Positions 1 to 13,029 of a stretch of 47,161 nucleotides of DNA are shown piece after piece. A program made the translations under genes and the position numbers. The stretch lies in NCBI GenBank assembly GCA_032718475.1, contig JAUCBJ010005610.1, positions 1 through 47,161 on the forward strand, written 5' to 3'. Below the pieces are notes generated by a model, which saw only the letters and a list, made by a program, of their open reading frames with translations, did no database searches and was not told the origin of the DNA. Source of the DNA: Nemertoderma westbladi. Taxonomy: Eukaryota; Animalia; Xenacoelomorpha. Within the stretch, counting starts at the first letter, position 1, and each line of letters begins with the position of its first letter.

Positions 1-3
1 AAC

Positions 4-171
4 CTGAAGTACATCTAAGCCTTTGGGACGGACAGTGGAGTGACTTGTGCCGGTTGTCGTTGTCGTTGTGCGGCTACGTCGTTGGCGAAAGTACAGCGGC
101 GACGACACATCGGCGCTGAGGATCTCGCACTGTCCGGGGGCTGATTGGGGTAGGCAGCGACGCTCGCTAGC
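4..171 (-). CDS. Candidate internal exon (56 codons, phase 0-0) of an unknown minus-strand gene running off the window
   Basis: Minus strand reads TTTATATTTAG|GCT AGC GAG...CTT CAG|GT. The frame is open (ASERRCLPQSAPGQCEILSADVSSPLYFRQRRSRTTTTTGTSHSTVRPKGLDVLQ) and GC/CpG-rich like FARSB. The donor is cut off at the window edge. Confidence 0.35.
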
Positions 172-237
172 CTAAATATAAACTCATTATAATATTAATA
201 AACTCATATATAGCAGATATGACGGAGTTGATAGAAG

Positions 238-1736
238 ATGGTCTTGGTATCAGGGAGCGATATACTCTACTTTCAAGCGTTTGTTGATAGCTTGATACGC
301 GGTGATACTAGTCCAACTACTACGGAGGATGATGGTCGTTATGTCGAACCTACGATTTCCTGGAAGTAACTTACGCGTGAATTGGACTATGGAAAATTCA
401 CCGCTCGCTATACGCATCGTAATGGTACGTATATGGACTTCTTGACTACTGGTCATCCTATTGATTTACACGACACCGACGATATAGACACCGAAAGGGA
501 AATGGTTTTATTTAAATATCATACCCAGCGGAGTCGAAACGATAAATCGAGAATAGAACACGAGAACTCTATTCGAAACAGACTCGAGAGGGAAGACGTT
601 GAAGAACCTGATAAACGTCGCGACTTCAACGACTATCTAGAATTCCTAAGAGAGACCTATCTCAATATTGCCAGTCAACAAAACCTCGAAACTCGATATC
701 CTCAAGGTATACATCCAGACCCTATGATGGAACTCAAACGGCTCTATTTTACGATGATGTATCTTACCGCCGATCGACCGCTACCTGTCGTTCCAGATAG
801 CTTCGAACAGATGGAGGAATATTGTAAAACTGGAGAGCGATCACCCGCGTTTCCCCTTCAAGACGTGCGTCTTTGGTATTATTACGATAAATGCCCTAGA
901 CCCAGCCAATAAACGGAAAGACATAAACATCCACGGAAACGTTGTGTTAAACACAGTTGTGCTCGTTATATTTACTGGAGTTTCGAGCGAAACTTGTTTG
1001 ACGTATCACCTATGCTCACTCGGCTCGAACGATCCTGGAGTAAACCTACGATCAGAGTCCCGGAATACTCGGTCAAACCTCCTCATTCCTTAGTTGGACC
1101 TCAGACCTGCGATCCTGGTGGTGTCGCGGATCCTCGCGGACTGTATTCACTGTTCAAAGATCTAGTGCTACCCTAACAATTAATCGGTAACACTCCGACA
1201 GTGATTTCTAGCTAGCCGCCCATCTTACCTAGCCGGATTGTGACGCGGACACCTAATATCACTATCCAACCGTATGGTCGTCCCCGTTTAACGCGATACA
1301 ACCCTTCATCAAGGTGAAGGAGAGCGTTGTACGAAACGAGTTAAACGCTATTCTATAAAGATCAAAAAAGAAATCTGCGTTTGTTCAGATAAACGTAAGT
1401 TATAACAGTAAGTCCAATCGATAAACGAATTAGCCTTATCTCAGTTCGATTGGGAAATCTCGAATCTCTAAGAAGATATCAAGCTTAGAAAACCCTATTC
1501 TCTGCGAGAGTTTTGGACGAACGTATCCCATGACAAGCGGAGGAAAATCAGCTCGAGGAGAAGCATATCGAACTGGACGAGACACCGACCGTAAACCCAA
1601 ACCTTCTAATGCAATTGTATTGCACCCTTTACCCAGGAGTTATAGCCTTCCTAGTAAAGTGGCTCGCCCTAAGGAGAAAAGGACTCTGGCTAGCCTCGGG
1701 AAACTGCGTAAACGCCGTCCGCGCAAAGAAAACTAA
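238..1736 (+). pseudogene. Decayed long ORF of unknown origin; includes track ORFs 382-912, 994-1176 and 1530-1736
   Basis: ATG at 238, ORF 382-912 and ORF 994-1176 all share frame +1, separated by single TAA codons (367, 910, 1174) and TAG (1213). After one inferred frameshift near 1300, frame +3 continues with stops at 1356, 1422 and 1431 to TAA 1734, where composition turns AT-rich. No recognised domain. Confidence 0.45.
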
Positions 1737-4116
1737 CTGTTTAGAGTATCTTTATGTTTTAGAAACTGTGATTTTTATATTTTATAGACTGAAAATCCCA
1801 TTTTCTGGGAGCGGTGTAAAAGCCTTTGCTGAATTGCCCCGTTATTTTTATTATCTTTTACATTAAAATACTCTGTAGTTGATTTAATAGGTGTAAGAGA
1901 CCGTATTATTGCTGTATCGGTGTTTTTTAGAGGATCTAAGAGCTATTTCCTCTGTATGTGTACTGTGAAAGGCATAGTTGATGATTCTATGGCAATTCCG
2001 TGACGCAAAAGGTGATAGCTACTCTTGAACAGTAGTTACTATGACGACGGTTAACAGCTGATATTCATACGTGTTGATTTTCTTTGTTCTACGGCATCTC
2101 TCAGTTCAGTCAGCCAATCAGAGCATTTTTATGGCTCTTGTAGAGAAATTTCCTAGAAATCAGGCAATGCTTTAGGTGCAGTGTTTACATTCTGTCCTGG
2201 GCCAGGAGAGAGCGGCTTGGGAATATTTTGTGCTTTTCTGTTTTAGCCTAACACTAGTAGGCTTAATTATAAGGACATATATCCGTTATCTCAAACCTTA
2301 CTTACTGACACTGCATACTGTGTAACACTGTGCATACTTTAAACTGTTATACTGCTATTTACTGTCGGTTCTTCATAATATGGTTGATGAATTATTATAT
2401 TTGGAATAACGATAAATAACCCCGAAAACCCAATATTCTTGATATACCGAAGGTAAGAGAGAAAGGTTACATATAACGATTGTGACTTATGTTAAAGTGG
2501 TTTGAAGTGAATCTAATGTTATTTGATAGACCCTACATGAGTTTGTCTGTGTTCCTTTTATATGTGACTAAAATCAGTGAAGATCGGCAGATTAGTGTGC
2601 AGTATTGTGCAGTATTGTGTATGAGTGAGACTGATAACGAAGCATTTCCTAAAGAATGCGCCATATATGTGAATTATAACTAGGCCATATCGTTGTGAGT
2701 AGTTTAAGTCATAACTCTGTTTATATAGATAGAGCGCCACGTCCTAAAGGAACTGTTAATATTCCCCGAAGGTGAATAATATTGTCAGAGATTATATAAT
2801 ACTGTCAGTCGAATAATACATTAGGCTTACATAGCAATACGATTAAGCCGTCGAACCCAATCTCCCGGGTATATCCAGCGGGTGAATGATCGCGCACCGA
2901 TTGGTTTCGACTAGTGTAGTGAATCAAATACTTGTCAGAGGCTAAAAGTGATTTATTATCTAGAAGACATCCTAATTTGGCGGGTTAAACTGCCAAAGGT
3001 CTGAAAGCGCGAACAAGGTCACCAACGAAACTGCGACAGACAGAGGCGGTGGCCTTGATGGCGAGTTGTTTGAGTACCGGTACAATTCCAAAATGTTGCT
3101 GGTTATTGCAGTATTGGGCTGTTGGGGTACCTAGTGCAGTAGTGGATACCGGAACATGGAATAAAGGTCAGCTGGTACAACCTACAGGCAATTGCAGGAC
3201 TCCCTACCCTACCGCACGTACCAATACTCAGATAATGCAGTAGCAGTACCACACTGACAGACTGACAACCAGCCTAGAAAGCTAAGCCTCTTCCACATAC
3301 AGCAACAGCAGTGAGCTGAGCAGTACCGGTACTGAGTAAAGGCACCTCATGGTACCGGTGTCGTACTCTGAACTCTGCAATCTGGCAATGCTGGAATGGC
3401 TGAAAGTGAAATAGGCCTACCACACTTCCCAAGGCCACATTATTGCTGCATTGTACCGGTATTGCTGAATTTCAAACCCACCTGATATATCCTGCAGTCT
3501 CCTAGCAACCAGCTGATGCCAAGCCTAATAATTTTTGGATAGATTAATTCATTATAACTGCAAGACAGATACACAGATGCTGCAGGAAGACCCCACGCAA
3601 ATTAAACTTGGAAAATTTCTAAACTTTTGCCAGACTACATATGTACCAAGTTAGGATATATTTTATCGAGATTTGGCTGAGTTATTAACGTTTAAAATTG
3701 GACATAACAGAACAACAGATCAACAGAACACGTTCGTGGGGCCTTCGCGCAGCACGAGGCCCAGTTATGAGATACACATTAAAATCGAGCGACTGTATCA
3801 CAAAATCAGTATTTAACTTTATAAATTAGTAAAATTTAGAAATTTAACCACACTGCCAATCAATCAAAGAAAGAGGGACAGTACGTGTTCAGCCCTTTTT
3901 AATCTGCACCCCCCCCCCCCCCCCCCCCCACCCTTCCCACCCACCAATACATAACCGCGACATCTACCACCCACGGAAGGGTAGCACGAACTTATTTCCA
4001 ATCGCACGTTCAATATGCGAAGCCAGGTGGTTTATAGGAATATAATCAACGCAGTACTAAATACAGTCGATGCAGTAATGAATGATATTCAAATAATTTA
4101 TTTAATATACTGTTAA

Positions 4117-5705
4117 CCCGATTAAACCCGGGGGGGGGGGTCAATATGACCCCCCCCCCCCCGTGGTTTTTTTATTATAATTCTGAAACAAACGCAGTTG
4201 GGAATCTGAAATTTTATGACTTTTCCTAATTGTCTCCTATTGTCTTCCTAGTAGTGAAAACCGTTTTCAAAAATATTGGGTACTTTTCAAGTTATAGCAC
4301 CATTTTTAACCCTACTTTTGGCACTTTTTTTGAGACGTTTTTAGAAAATTACATTTATTAAACATGAATTGTAACATCTCTATTTTTGATTTACACCGGT
4401 TTTTTGGTGTTAGAAATTTGATGGAATTCATATAAATTGATTTAGAAATTTCAAACTTGTTTTTTTCGGTGGGTGCCAAATTTTGGTGCCAGCACCAAAT
4501 TTTGAAATAAGTCAATTTTGTAAATTGATAGTTTGAAACTTGTTTTTTACGCAATTGGGGTTTTTTGGGTTTCTGTATTCGATGAAATATATATGAGTTG
4601 CACCAAGCGTATCAAACTTGTATTTTTCGGTGCTGTGTGGAAATTTTGGTGCTAGCACGAAATTTTGAAAATCCATTCAATAGATAAAATTGCTTGTGAC
4701 AATTTATTTCTTTTTATTTATTTCGTTTTAGAGGTTTATGGCTGTTCTGAATTCAATGGAAAATGTAATTATCGAACTAGACATCTCAAACTTGTATTTT
4801 TCGGATGTGGGTGCAAAATGTGGTGCTACACTGTAGCACCAAATTTTGAAAACCATCAAATATATCAATTGATTGTGTCACCTTGTTTCTTGCGTTATAC
4901 GGGTTTGTGATGGTTCTGAATTCAATGGAATCAGTAATAATTTCATAACAGTTCTCAAACTTGTATTTTTCGCCGGTGGGTGAAAATTGTTGTGCCAGCA
5001 CCAAATTTTGGAAAATATGCAAATTGATAAGAAGATAGTATCACCTTGTTTCTTGCGTTATACGGGTTTGTGAGGGTCCTGAATCCGATGGAATCAATAA
5101 AAACAGCACTGGACATCGCAAACTTGTACTTTTTGGTGATGGGTACGAAATTTGGTGCTAGCACCAAAATTTGCCAAATTACGCCGAAAAATACAAGTAG
5201 CAATGATCTGGCATATTAGAAATGTAATTCCATTAGAATCAGCGCCCTCGAAAAACCTGAAAATGTGAATTTATAGCATGGTATAAGTGAATTAAAAATT
5301 TTGTGTTCTAACTGAAAAGTGCTGGTTACTTGTTTTTTTAATTTTTTTCCTACGCAGAGAGGATTAAACAGCCATTTATAGTAATCATATCATTTTTTAA
5401 TATTTTCCAATGTATTTTGCACCCCAGAAAACCTGTATTGAAAAATAATTAGCCGAAAATGTAACTTTCAAATTTGGTGAAAATTGTGCACTACTTGTAA
5501 TTTTGGTGCTGCAATATAACCACCCTAGTACATTTTTTCGAAATTTTTTTTTTTCGGTCGGATCCAGACAAGTGATACCTACGTACAAACAAAAAATCAG
5601 ACGTTTTCGTAAATATTTGTAGATTTTAGAGGGGAGGGTCAATATGACCCCCCCCCCCCCCCCCCCGGTATTTGTACAACATTTTATAGCTCGGTACTAA
5701 TAGGG
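4117..5705. mobile_element. piggyBac-like non-autonomous element (TTAA TSD, CCC...GGG termini)
   Basis: TTAA at 4113-4116 and 5706-5709. Imperfect TIRs CCCGATTAAACCCG and CCCTATTAGTACCG (reverse complement of right end). GGGTCAATATGACCCC palindrome near both ends. Five ~160-175 bp internal repeats at about 4451, 4612, 4786, 4955, 5118. Confidence 0.75.
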
Positions 5706-8700
5706 TTAATGCCTCTGAAAACTTAGACAATTAAAATACACAGAAATCCCATCAAAAAATAATAAGCCTAATATATTGAGAAATAAACAATTTTGGATAT
5801 AAGCCTTCTGCAGTGGTAATGTTATTGACTGACAATCATTAAATGAGATCTGTCTATTACCTGAGACTAAAGAACACAGACTCTATAGTGTAATAGGAGG
5901 TAGGGAATGCAGGTTTCAATCGCGTTAGGTCTAGCTGGCCAATCTCTCTACCAGCCGTGTGGCTAGTTACATACAACCCCCCCCCCCCCCCCCCTCCACT
6001 GGCATTCCCAGCAACTGGCTGCGTTATACACACATCCTTCCCATCTATGTACCAGCCAACTTGCATGTTGGCCAATAAATGAGCAGTATTTAATGAGACT
6101 CAATTTTTTATGCCGTTTTAATTACTTTAGATCAAATAAAGACACAATTATTAAAGCAAATCACTTGAACTAATTAAAAACTATAATAGAATGGGGTATG
6201 TGGATTACATCTGTATAATTTTTAAGTATAATTATTGAAGTCTTATACTGTAAAACAATTAATTTCCTTTAACAGGCAGGTTGAAAATGCTGTTTTTACC
6301 GTAATCAATTTAATTAACTAATTAACTGCTATTATCTTAGCTTCTCGAAGGGCACACGAAAATTCAACTTGGAAACTTTCTAAACTTTTGCCAAACAACA
6401 TGTGTACCAAGTTTGGATAGATTTCATCGAAGATTGGCCGAGTTATTAACGTTTAAAATTGAACACTGCAAAAAAAAGCGACAGAACGATAGAACGACAC
6501 GTTCGTGGGGCCTTCGCGCAGCACGAGGCCCAGTTATGAGATACAAATTAAAACTGAGCGACTGTATCACAAAATCAGTATTTGAGAAATTTACCCACAC
6601 CACCAATCAATTAAAGAAAGGGGTACAGTACGTGTTCAGCCCTTTTAATCTGCACCCCCCCCCCCTTCCCACCCACCAATACATAACCGCGACATCTACC
6701 ACCCACGGAAGGGTAGCACGAACTTATTTCCAATCGCACGTTCAATTTGCAAAGCCAGGTGGTTTATAGGAATATAATAAACGCAGTACTCGTTTTCATT
6801 ATAAGCCTCGTTGCGTTCGTCCTGTTTTGAATTTAAATATATTTCTTAAACGCAGGGTAGGACGATCTTTATAATAATAATAACTAGGGATGCGATCAAT
6901 GTGTGAAGCCAGGGTTTATATAATAATATAGTCAACGCAGTACTCGTCTTCTTTATAGGCCTCGTTGTGCTCGTCCTGTTTTGTATTTAAATATATTCTC
7001 TAAACGCAGACTGACGATCTTTATAACTACCAATGCGTTCAATAGGCGCAGCCAGGTATGGTTTATAGGAATATAGTCTACGCAGTACTCGTCCATATTA
7101 TATGCCTCGTTGCGCTCGTCGCTCGTCCTGTGTTGTCATATAATATTTTTCCTAAACGCAGACTGACGACCTTTATACAGTTATAACTATGCGAAGTTTC
7201 GAAACTGTGCGAGTAACTGCTGATACATCTATGTGGAGATGTGTGATACAACGCCAACGCATCGTATGCCGATGTAGTAATATGGGTAAGGAAATAATAT
7301 TAAATCAATGTACACTCTTAAAGCTGCAGCGAAAAAATGTAGCTAATTTCGTAGGTTACATATAAAATAATAAAATTATTTTTAAGAACATTAATTTTAC
7401 TACTTTACAAAAATTCAATTAAAAAATAACCAGACAAATACATTGTGGAATAAACTATTTCATATATAAGGCTACACAACAGCCATGCCATGGATTCTAT
7501 TTATGTATTATATCTGTCATTTACCTGAGAGCAACACAACATTTATAGTAGAGTCAATAGTGGATTTAGAGAATGCTGTCTGGGCTGGAATAGCAATACT
7601 GGTTGCCCCTATTACAGTTCCTCTCTTGTTAGTCTACAACTACAACTCCCAGCCAGCTAGCTCCACACCAGCAGAGACTTGACCAAATCATTCCCAGCAA
7701 CTGGCTCCCTTACACACACATCCTTCCATCTATGTACCAGCATGTTGGCCAATAAATGAGCAGTATTTAATGAGAATCAATTTTTTATGCCGTCTTAATT
7801 ACTTTAGATCAATTAAAGACACATTTATTAAAGCAAATCACTTGAACTAATTAAAAACTATAATAGAATGGTGTATGTGGATTACATCTGTATAATTTTT
7901 AAGTATAATTATTTAAATCTTATACTGTAAAACAATTAATTTCCTTTAAAAGGCAGGTTGAAAATGGTGTTTTCACCGTAATCAACTTAATTAACTAATT
8001 AACTGCTATTATCTTAGCTTCTCGAAGGCCACACGGAAATTCTACTTGGAAATTTTCTAAACTTTTGCCAAACAACATGTGTACCAAGTTTGGATAGATT
8101 TCATCAAAGATTGGCCGAGTTATTAACGTTTAAAATTGAACACGACAGAACGACAGAACGACAGAACGACAGGTTGATTAATGGTACCACTACGCTAAGG
8201 CTCACTCACTTCGTGGCTCGCCCCACACGTTCGTGGGGCCTTCGCGCAGCACGAGGCCCAGTTATTAGATACAAATTAAAATTGAGCGACTGTATCACAA
8301 AATCAGGTTTTGAGAAATTTACCCACACCACCAATCAATAAAAGAAAGGGGGACAGTACGTGTTCACCCCTTTTAATCTCCCCCCCCCCCCCCCCACCCT
8401 TCTCAACCACCAATACATAACCGCGACATCTACCACCCACGGAAGAGTAGCACGAACTTATTTCCAATCGCACGTTAAATATGCAAAGCCAGGTGGTTTA
8501 TAGGAATATAATAAACGCAGTGCTCGTTTTCATTATAAGCCTCTTTGCGTTCGTCCTGTTTTGTATTTAAATATATTTCTTAAACGCAGGCTAGGACGAT
8601 CTTTATAATAATAATAATTAGGGATGCGATCAATATGTGAAGCCAGGTGGTTTATATAATAATTTAGTCAACGCAGTACTCGTCATCATTATATGCCTCG

Positions 8701-9773
8701 TTGCGCTCGTCGCTTGTCCTGTTTGGTCATAAAATATTTTTCCTAAACGCAGACTGACGATCCTTATACAGTTATAACTATGCGAAGTTTCGAAACTGTG
8801 CGAGTAACTGTTGATACATCTATGTGGAGATGTGTGATATGTGGAGATGTGTGATACAACGCCAACGCATCTTATGCCGATGTAGTAATATGGGTATTGA
8901 AATAATATTAAATCAATGTACACTCTTAAAGCTGCAGCGAAAAAATGTAGCTAATTTCCTAGGTTACATATAAAATAATAATATTATTTTTAAGAACATT
9001 AATTTTACTACTTTGCAAAAATTCAATTAAAAAATAACCAGACATATACATTGTGGAATAAACTATTTCAGAAGCCTACAACAGCCATGCCATGGATGGT
9101 ATTTATGTTATTATATCTGTCATTTACCTGAGATAGCAATACAACACTTATATGTAGTAGAGTCAATAGGAATTGGAATACAGGAAGGATGTTGGGATGT
9201 TGGATTTAAAGAATGCTGTCTGGGCTGGAATAGCAATACTGGTTGCCTATTACAATTCCTCTCTGGTTAGTCTACAGCCACAACTCCCAGCAAGCTAGCT
9301 CCACACCAGCAGAGACTTGACCAATAATCATTCCCAGCAACTGGCTGCCAGCAACTTGGCCAATAAATGAGCAGTATTTAATTAGAATCAATTTTTTAAG
9401 CCGTTTTAATTACTTTAGCTCAATTAAAGACACAATTATTAAAGCAAATCACTTGAACTAATTAAAAACTATAATAGAATGGCGTAAGTGGATTACATCT
9501 GTTTAATTTTTAAGTATAATTATTTAAATCTTATACTGTAAAACAATTAATTTACTTTAAAAGGCAGGTTGAAAATTGTGTTTTTACCGTAATCAACTTA
9601 ATTAACTAATTAACTGCTATTATCTTAGCTTCTCGAAGGCCACACGGAAATTCTACTTGGAAAATTTCTAAACTTTTGCCAAACAACATGTGTACCAAGT
9701 TTGGATAGATTTCATCAAAGATTGGCCGAGTTATTAACGTTTAAAATTGAACGCGACAGAACGACAGAACGAC

Positions 9774-9997
9774 AGGTTGATTAATGGTACCACTACGCTA
9801 AGGCTCACTCACTTCGTGGCTCGCCCCACAGGTTGATGAATGGTACCACTACGCTAAGGCTCTCTCACTTCGTGGCTCGCCCCACAGGTTGATTAATGGT
9901 ACCACTACGCTAAGGCTCACTCACTTCGTAGCTCGCCCCACAGGTTGATTAATGGTACCACTACGCTAAGACTCACTCACTTCGTGGCTCGCACCAC
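9774..9997. repeat. Four tandem copies of a 56-bp element-terminal unit
   Basis: AGGTTGATTAATGGTACCACTACGCTAAGGCTCACTCACTTCGTGGCTCGCCCCAC starts at 9774, 9830, 9886 and 9942. A single copy lies at ~8171-8226. Confidence 0.95.
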
Positions 9998-10329
9998 AAC
10001 AGAGCAACAGACACACTTATTGAGTTAGTGGTACCTGTATGCTCATCTCGCTTACTTTCGTTTTCGTTGCTCGCCCCACAAACAAAAAAAGAGAGAATCA
10101 GTGGGTATCAAGGGGAATCTTAAGTAAGATGCGGCGGCAATAACGAAGCAAGAGGTCACATAACTAAAGAAAAAAAATACGGCAGTAGAACTGTGCTATA
10201 AACAGAGGGTTAATTAACTGCGGCACATAGTTAATTTATACACGAGAAAAATTTATGTAAACATGATTATCATTAAATATAAAATCAAAGATATAAAAGA
10301 TTACAGACGGTTAATTAAGAGTTATTATG

Positions 10330-11560
10330 TACAGTTAATGAATGGAAGAGAGAGTTCAGTCCACACTGAGTTCGAGAGGGACAAGTCCTGATATTTGGCA
10401 CGAAGAGACACTGCTGCCAAACCGTACGTTGTCTGTGCGATCACCAGGATCAACGTGTTCAATAATCCCGAGAAGCTATAACGCGCGGGGCGAGTTCGGG
10501 ATGTCGACGAGACGATAATGACAGAGCCCTCAGCTACTGGTTGCGCTGGCGCATGTCGCCTATGCCAGGGACACAAGCTCAGAAGGAACTTGGACGCCCA
10601 GCGTTGCCACACAGTGTTTCAGTAGCCGCCAGTGACCGACGCCAGCTCTGAAGCAGAGCAGTGGCCAATGGAGCATAATGTGCTGACGGTTGACCACGGC
10701 CTCAGTCTCTCAAGAATATTGTGTAGTTCGTCATCCTTGAACGCGGCTCGCCCCAGACACTTACAGACAGATTGCTTGACGTCACCAACCCTTCTCTCCC
10801 AGAAACCTCCATGTCAAGGTGCGTAAACTGCTATGATGTTCCAGGGAGAATTCACGAGGAACTTAGTGAGAAGCTTGAAGGTGACAGCATTATCCGAATA
10901 GAGCTTCGAGAAGCGATGTTGTCAATGGCGATGAGGCCCGAGGTTAGTTTGAGGTGCAGATCACAAGACGAGGCGCAGGTCAACAGGAGCACGTAATGTT
11001 TCTCACCAAGGCTGTTGATAATGCCGTCAGCGTAATCCAACCCAGTGGAGTTTAAGGGGATGACTCCAGACTATACCTATAGAAGTCGTCGGGAAGGGGA
11101 CCCTCTGGTGCGGAAATGATGGGCCTGATATCGGCAGCAGTACACGCAGTCATGGATGAGCTTCTTACTAGAGAAGGGGGGGGGGGGGATCAAGAGGGGG
11201 ATGCCGCCATGATTAGTCTGTATGTGGGCGTCTGAAGCTGGAAAGTGTGCGAGGAGGGACTTCTTCGGCAGAAGAGGTAGATGTTTTTCTTGGTTCCTGG
11301 ATGCTCCATAAATGAGGCCATTCTCTAAGTGGCTCAAAAAGGCCCCGGTTTGGAGCATGAGGCGTCTCCGTTGCAGATCAGCTCGATGTCGTCTTGCATC
11401 AGTGATTTATGTTCCAGGTAGAAAAGTGATACGAGGGTGCAGTTCTTCTCGGCAAGATCGAGGGGACCAGCCAAGACCATGCTTTGTGTCTGTCTGTGTA
11501 GCCTGTCTGTCTGATCGCAACTACTTTGAGTGAATGACCTTTGCGAGATCAATATAAGTA
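10330..11560 (-). mobile_element. BEL/Pao LTR retrotransposon remnant (integrase region, frameshifted)
   Basis: Minus-strand motifs in order: KHLPLLPKKS..DAH..HGG..CVYC (zinc-binding region), TGLDYA..KHYVLLLTCASS..LHL, LYSDNA.TF, AP*HGGFWER.V, EAVVN, WQRWASKFL. This is the typical Pao integrase plus C-terminal series. Confidence 0.85.
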
Positions 11561-11758
11561 CGGTACGCAGTGCGGTAACGGTACTTTTATATGCTTAATG
11601 TAACATACAATATATACAATATATATATTAGTACAATTGTTACGATATATATTAGTACAATATGTATAATATCAATAGAACGCGGCCAATGCACAGTACA
11701 CGTGGGATCTAAGTTCGCTAGCATGATGAATACCAAAGGCTTTTAATAGCATTAATTG

Positions 11759-11898
11759 GGATCTAAGTTCACCTATTTAGGATCTAAATTCACCTAGTTA
11801 GGATCTAAGTTCACCTAGTTAGGATCTAAGTTCACCTAGATAGGATCTACGTTCACCTAGTTACTGATCTAAGTTCACCCAGATAGTATCTATGTTCG
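11759..11898. repeat. 21-bp minisatellite (GGATCTAAGTTCACCTAGTTA), about 7 copies
   Basis: Directly visible tandem copies, plus a partial copy at ~11705. Confidence 0.9.
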
Positions 11899-12062
11899 TC
11901 CCTTACTACAATACCTTTGCTTTTTAGGCCTATTATTCCAAATACAGCAATACACAATCGCCTAGCCTACCGGTACATCTGACGGTACACCAGCTGACCA
12001 GACACACTCCGGACAGACAGACAGGGACAACGACACTCCAGTACTCTTACGGTACTCCTGTA

Positions 12063-12225
12063 CAGGCTGGCAAAAACCTTAGGTTTTTCAAAACAAAAAT
12101 TAGGTTTTAGGTTTTTGTTAGGTTTTTGCCTGTTTGCAGGGTTTTTGGAAGGTTTTCGCAGGTTTTTGAATATTATTGCTAGGTTTTTGTAGTATTTCCG
12201 TCAGGTATTTGTATATTTAGATAGG
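12063..12225. mobile_element. Possible left end of an hAT-like MITE, interrupted by the next element
   Basis: CAGGCTGGCAAAAACC terminus followed by repeated AGGTTTTT subterminal motifs. The right end was not found. Confidence 0.3.
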
Positions 12226-13029
12226 CCTATTGCCCCTATTGAAAAGTTTTACATGTACGCCGAGCACGTTCGGCGCAGCACTAGAACTTGCGCCGGGAGC
12301 TGGCGCAGAAATGTGCTACGCCGGGCAGTGAGCCGGAAGGGTCGGCGCAGAGATGTGCTACGCCGGCGTAGCCGGCGGAGCACTGGCTGACTGGCAATGG
12401 TAGAGATGCTGCGCTCGACGCAGCATGCGTCGAAATATTCCCGGCGTCGACGCTGCAGAAATTGACCTGGCGCCGGAGCAGGAATCAGCCCAGCACACCC
12501 GGCGTACATATTTGCCTGGCGCAGTAATCAGCCGAACCTAGCACCAGGCAGACAGTGAGACTGAGACAGCAGACATGCCTTCATCAGACCAACAGCACAG
12601 CAACACAATAATAAAACAACTGGTAAACAATGCAGGAGGCAGAAAAGAAACTCACACTGCAGCACTGGCTGACTGCAAACTGGTCATTTATTTACGTATT
12701 TAACCTTATGCTGTTATGCAGTAGGCAGGTAGGGTATCAGGCTATCACAGTTCCAGCTATCAGCTGATCAGTCATTATTGCTATTGGTCAGTCAGTTTAT
12801 TTATTTACATAATACAGTAATATTGCTGTATTGTATAAGCTATATTTATATTATATTATTTGGATGGAGACACCGCTGCCATAGAAGCGTATAAATAAAA
12901 CTGCACATATAATAAAACAGGCAGACAGAATGAAGTTGAACAGTGAATAAAACAAAACGACTTATACTATATGGCACTATTGATAATGAAACAATTTATT
13001 ACCGACACACATGTGTAACCATTGGAAAT

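Larger units (their letters stand above)
3586..10080. mobile_element. Head-to-tail array of ~1.65-1.7 kb non-autonomous Helentron/HINE-like elements (about 4 copies, first two partial or interrupted)
   Basis: Near-identical blocks recur: CATTCCCAGCAACTGGCT at 6003, 7689, 9329, and GTGGGGCCTTCGCGCAGCACGAGG at 3736, 6505, 8233. Units carry internal ~140-155 bp subrepeats, a TGTACCAAGTTTGG core, a (GACAGAAC)n microsatellite and a CTCGCCCCAC end. The family call is by architecture only. Confidence 0.6.

Noticed and set aside
1530-1736. Basic 68-aa ORF as a viral core or protamine-like protein
   Set aside because: The frame is open well upstream (from 1434) and it fits better as the C-terminus of the decayed long ORF. 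No viral hallmark genes are nearby.
6413-8341. ORFs MDRFH... of 118 and 83 aa
   Set aside because: They start at TTG inside the repeated non-autonomous element, cross the element junction and differ by indels between copies.
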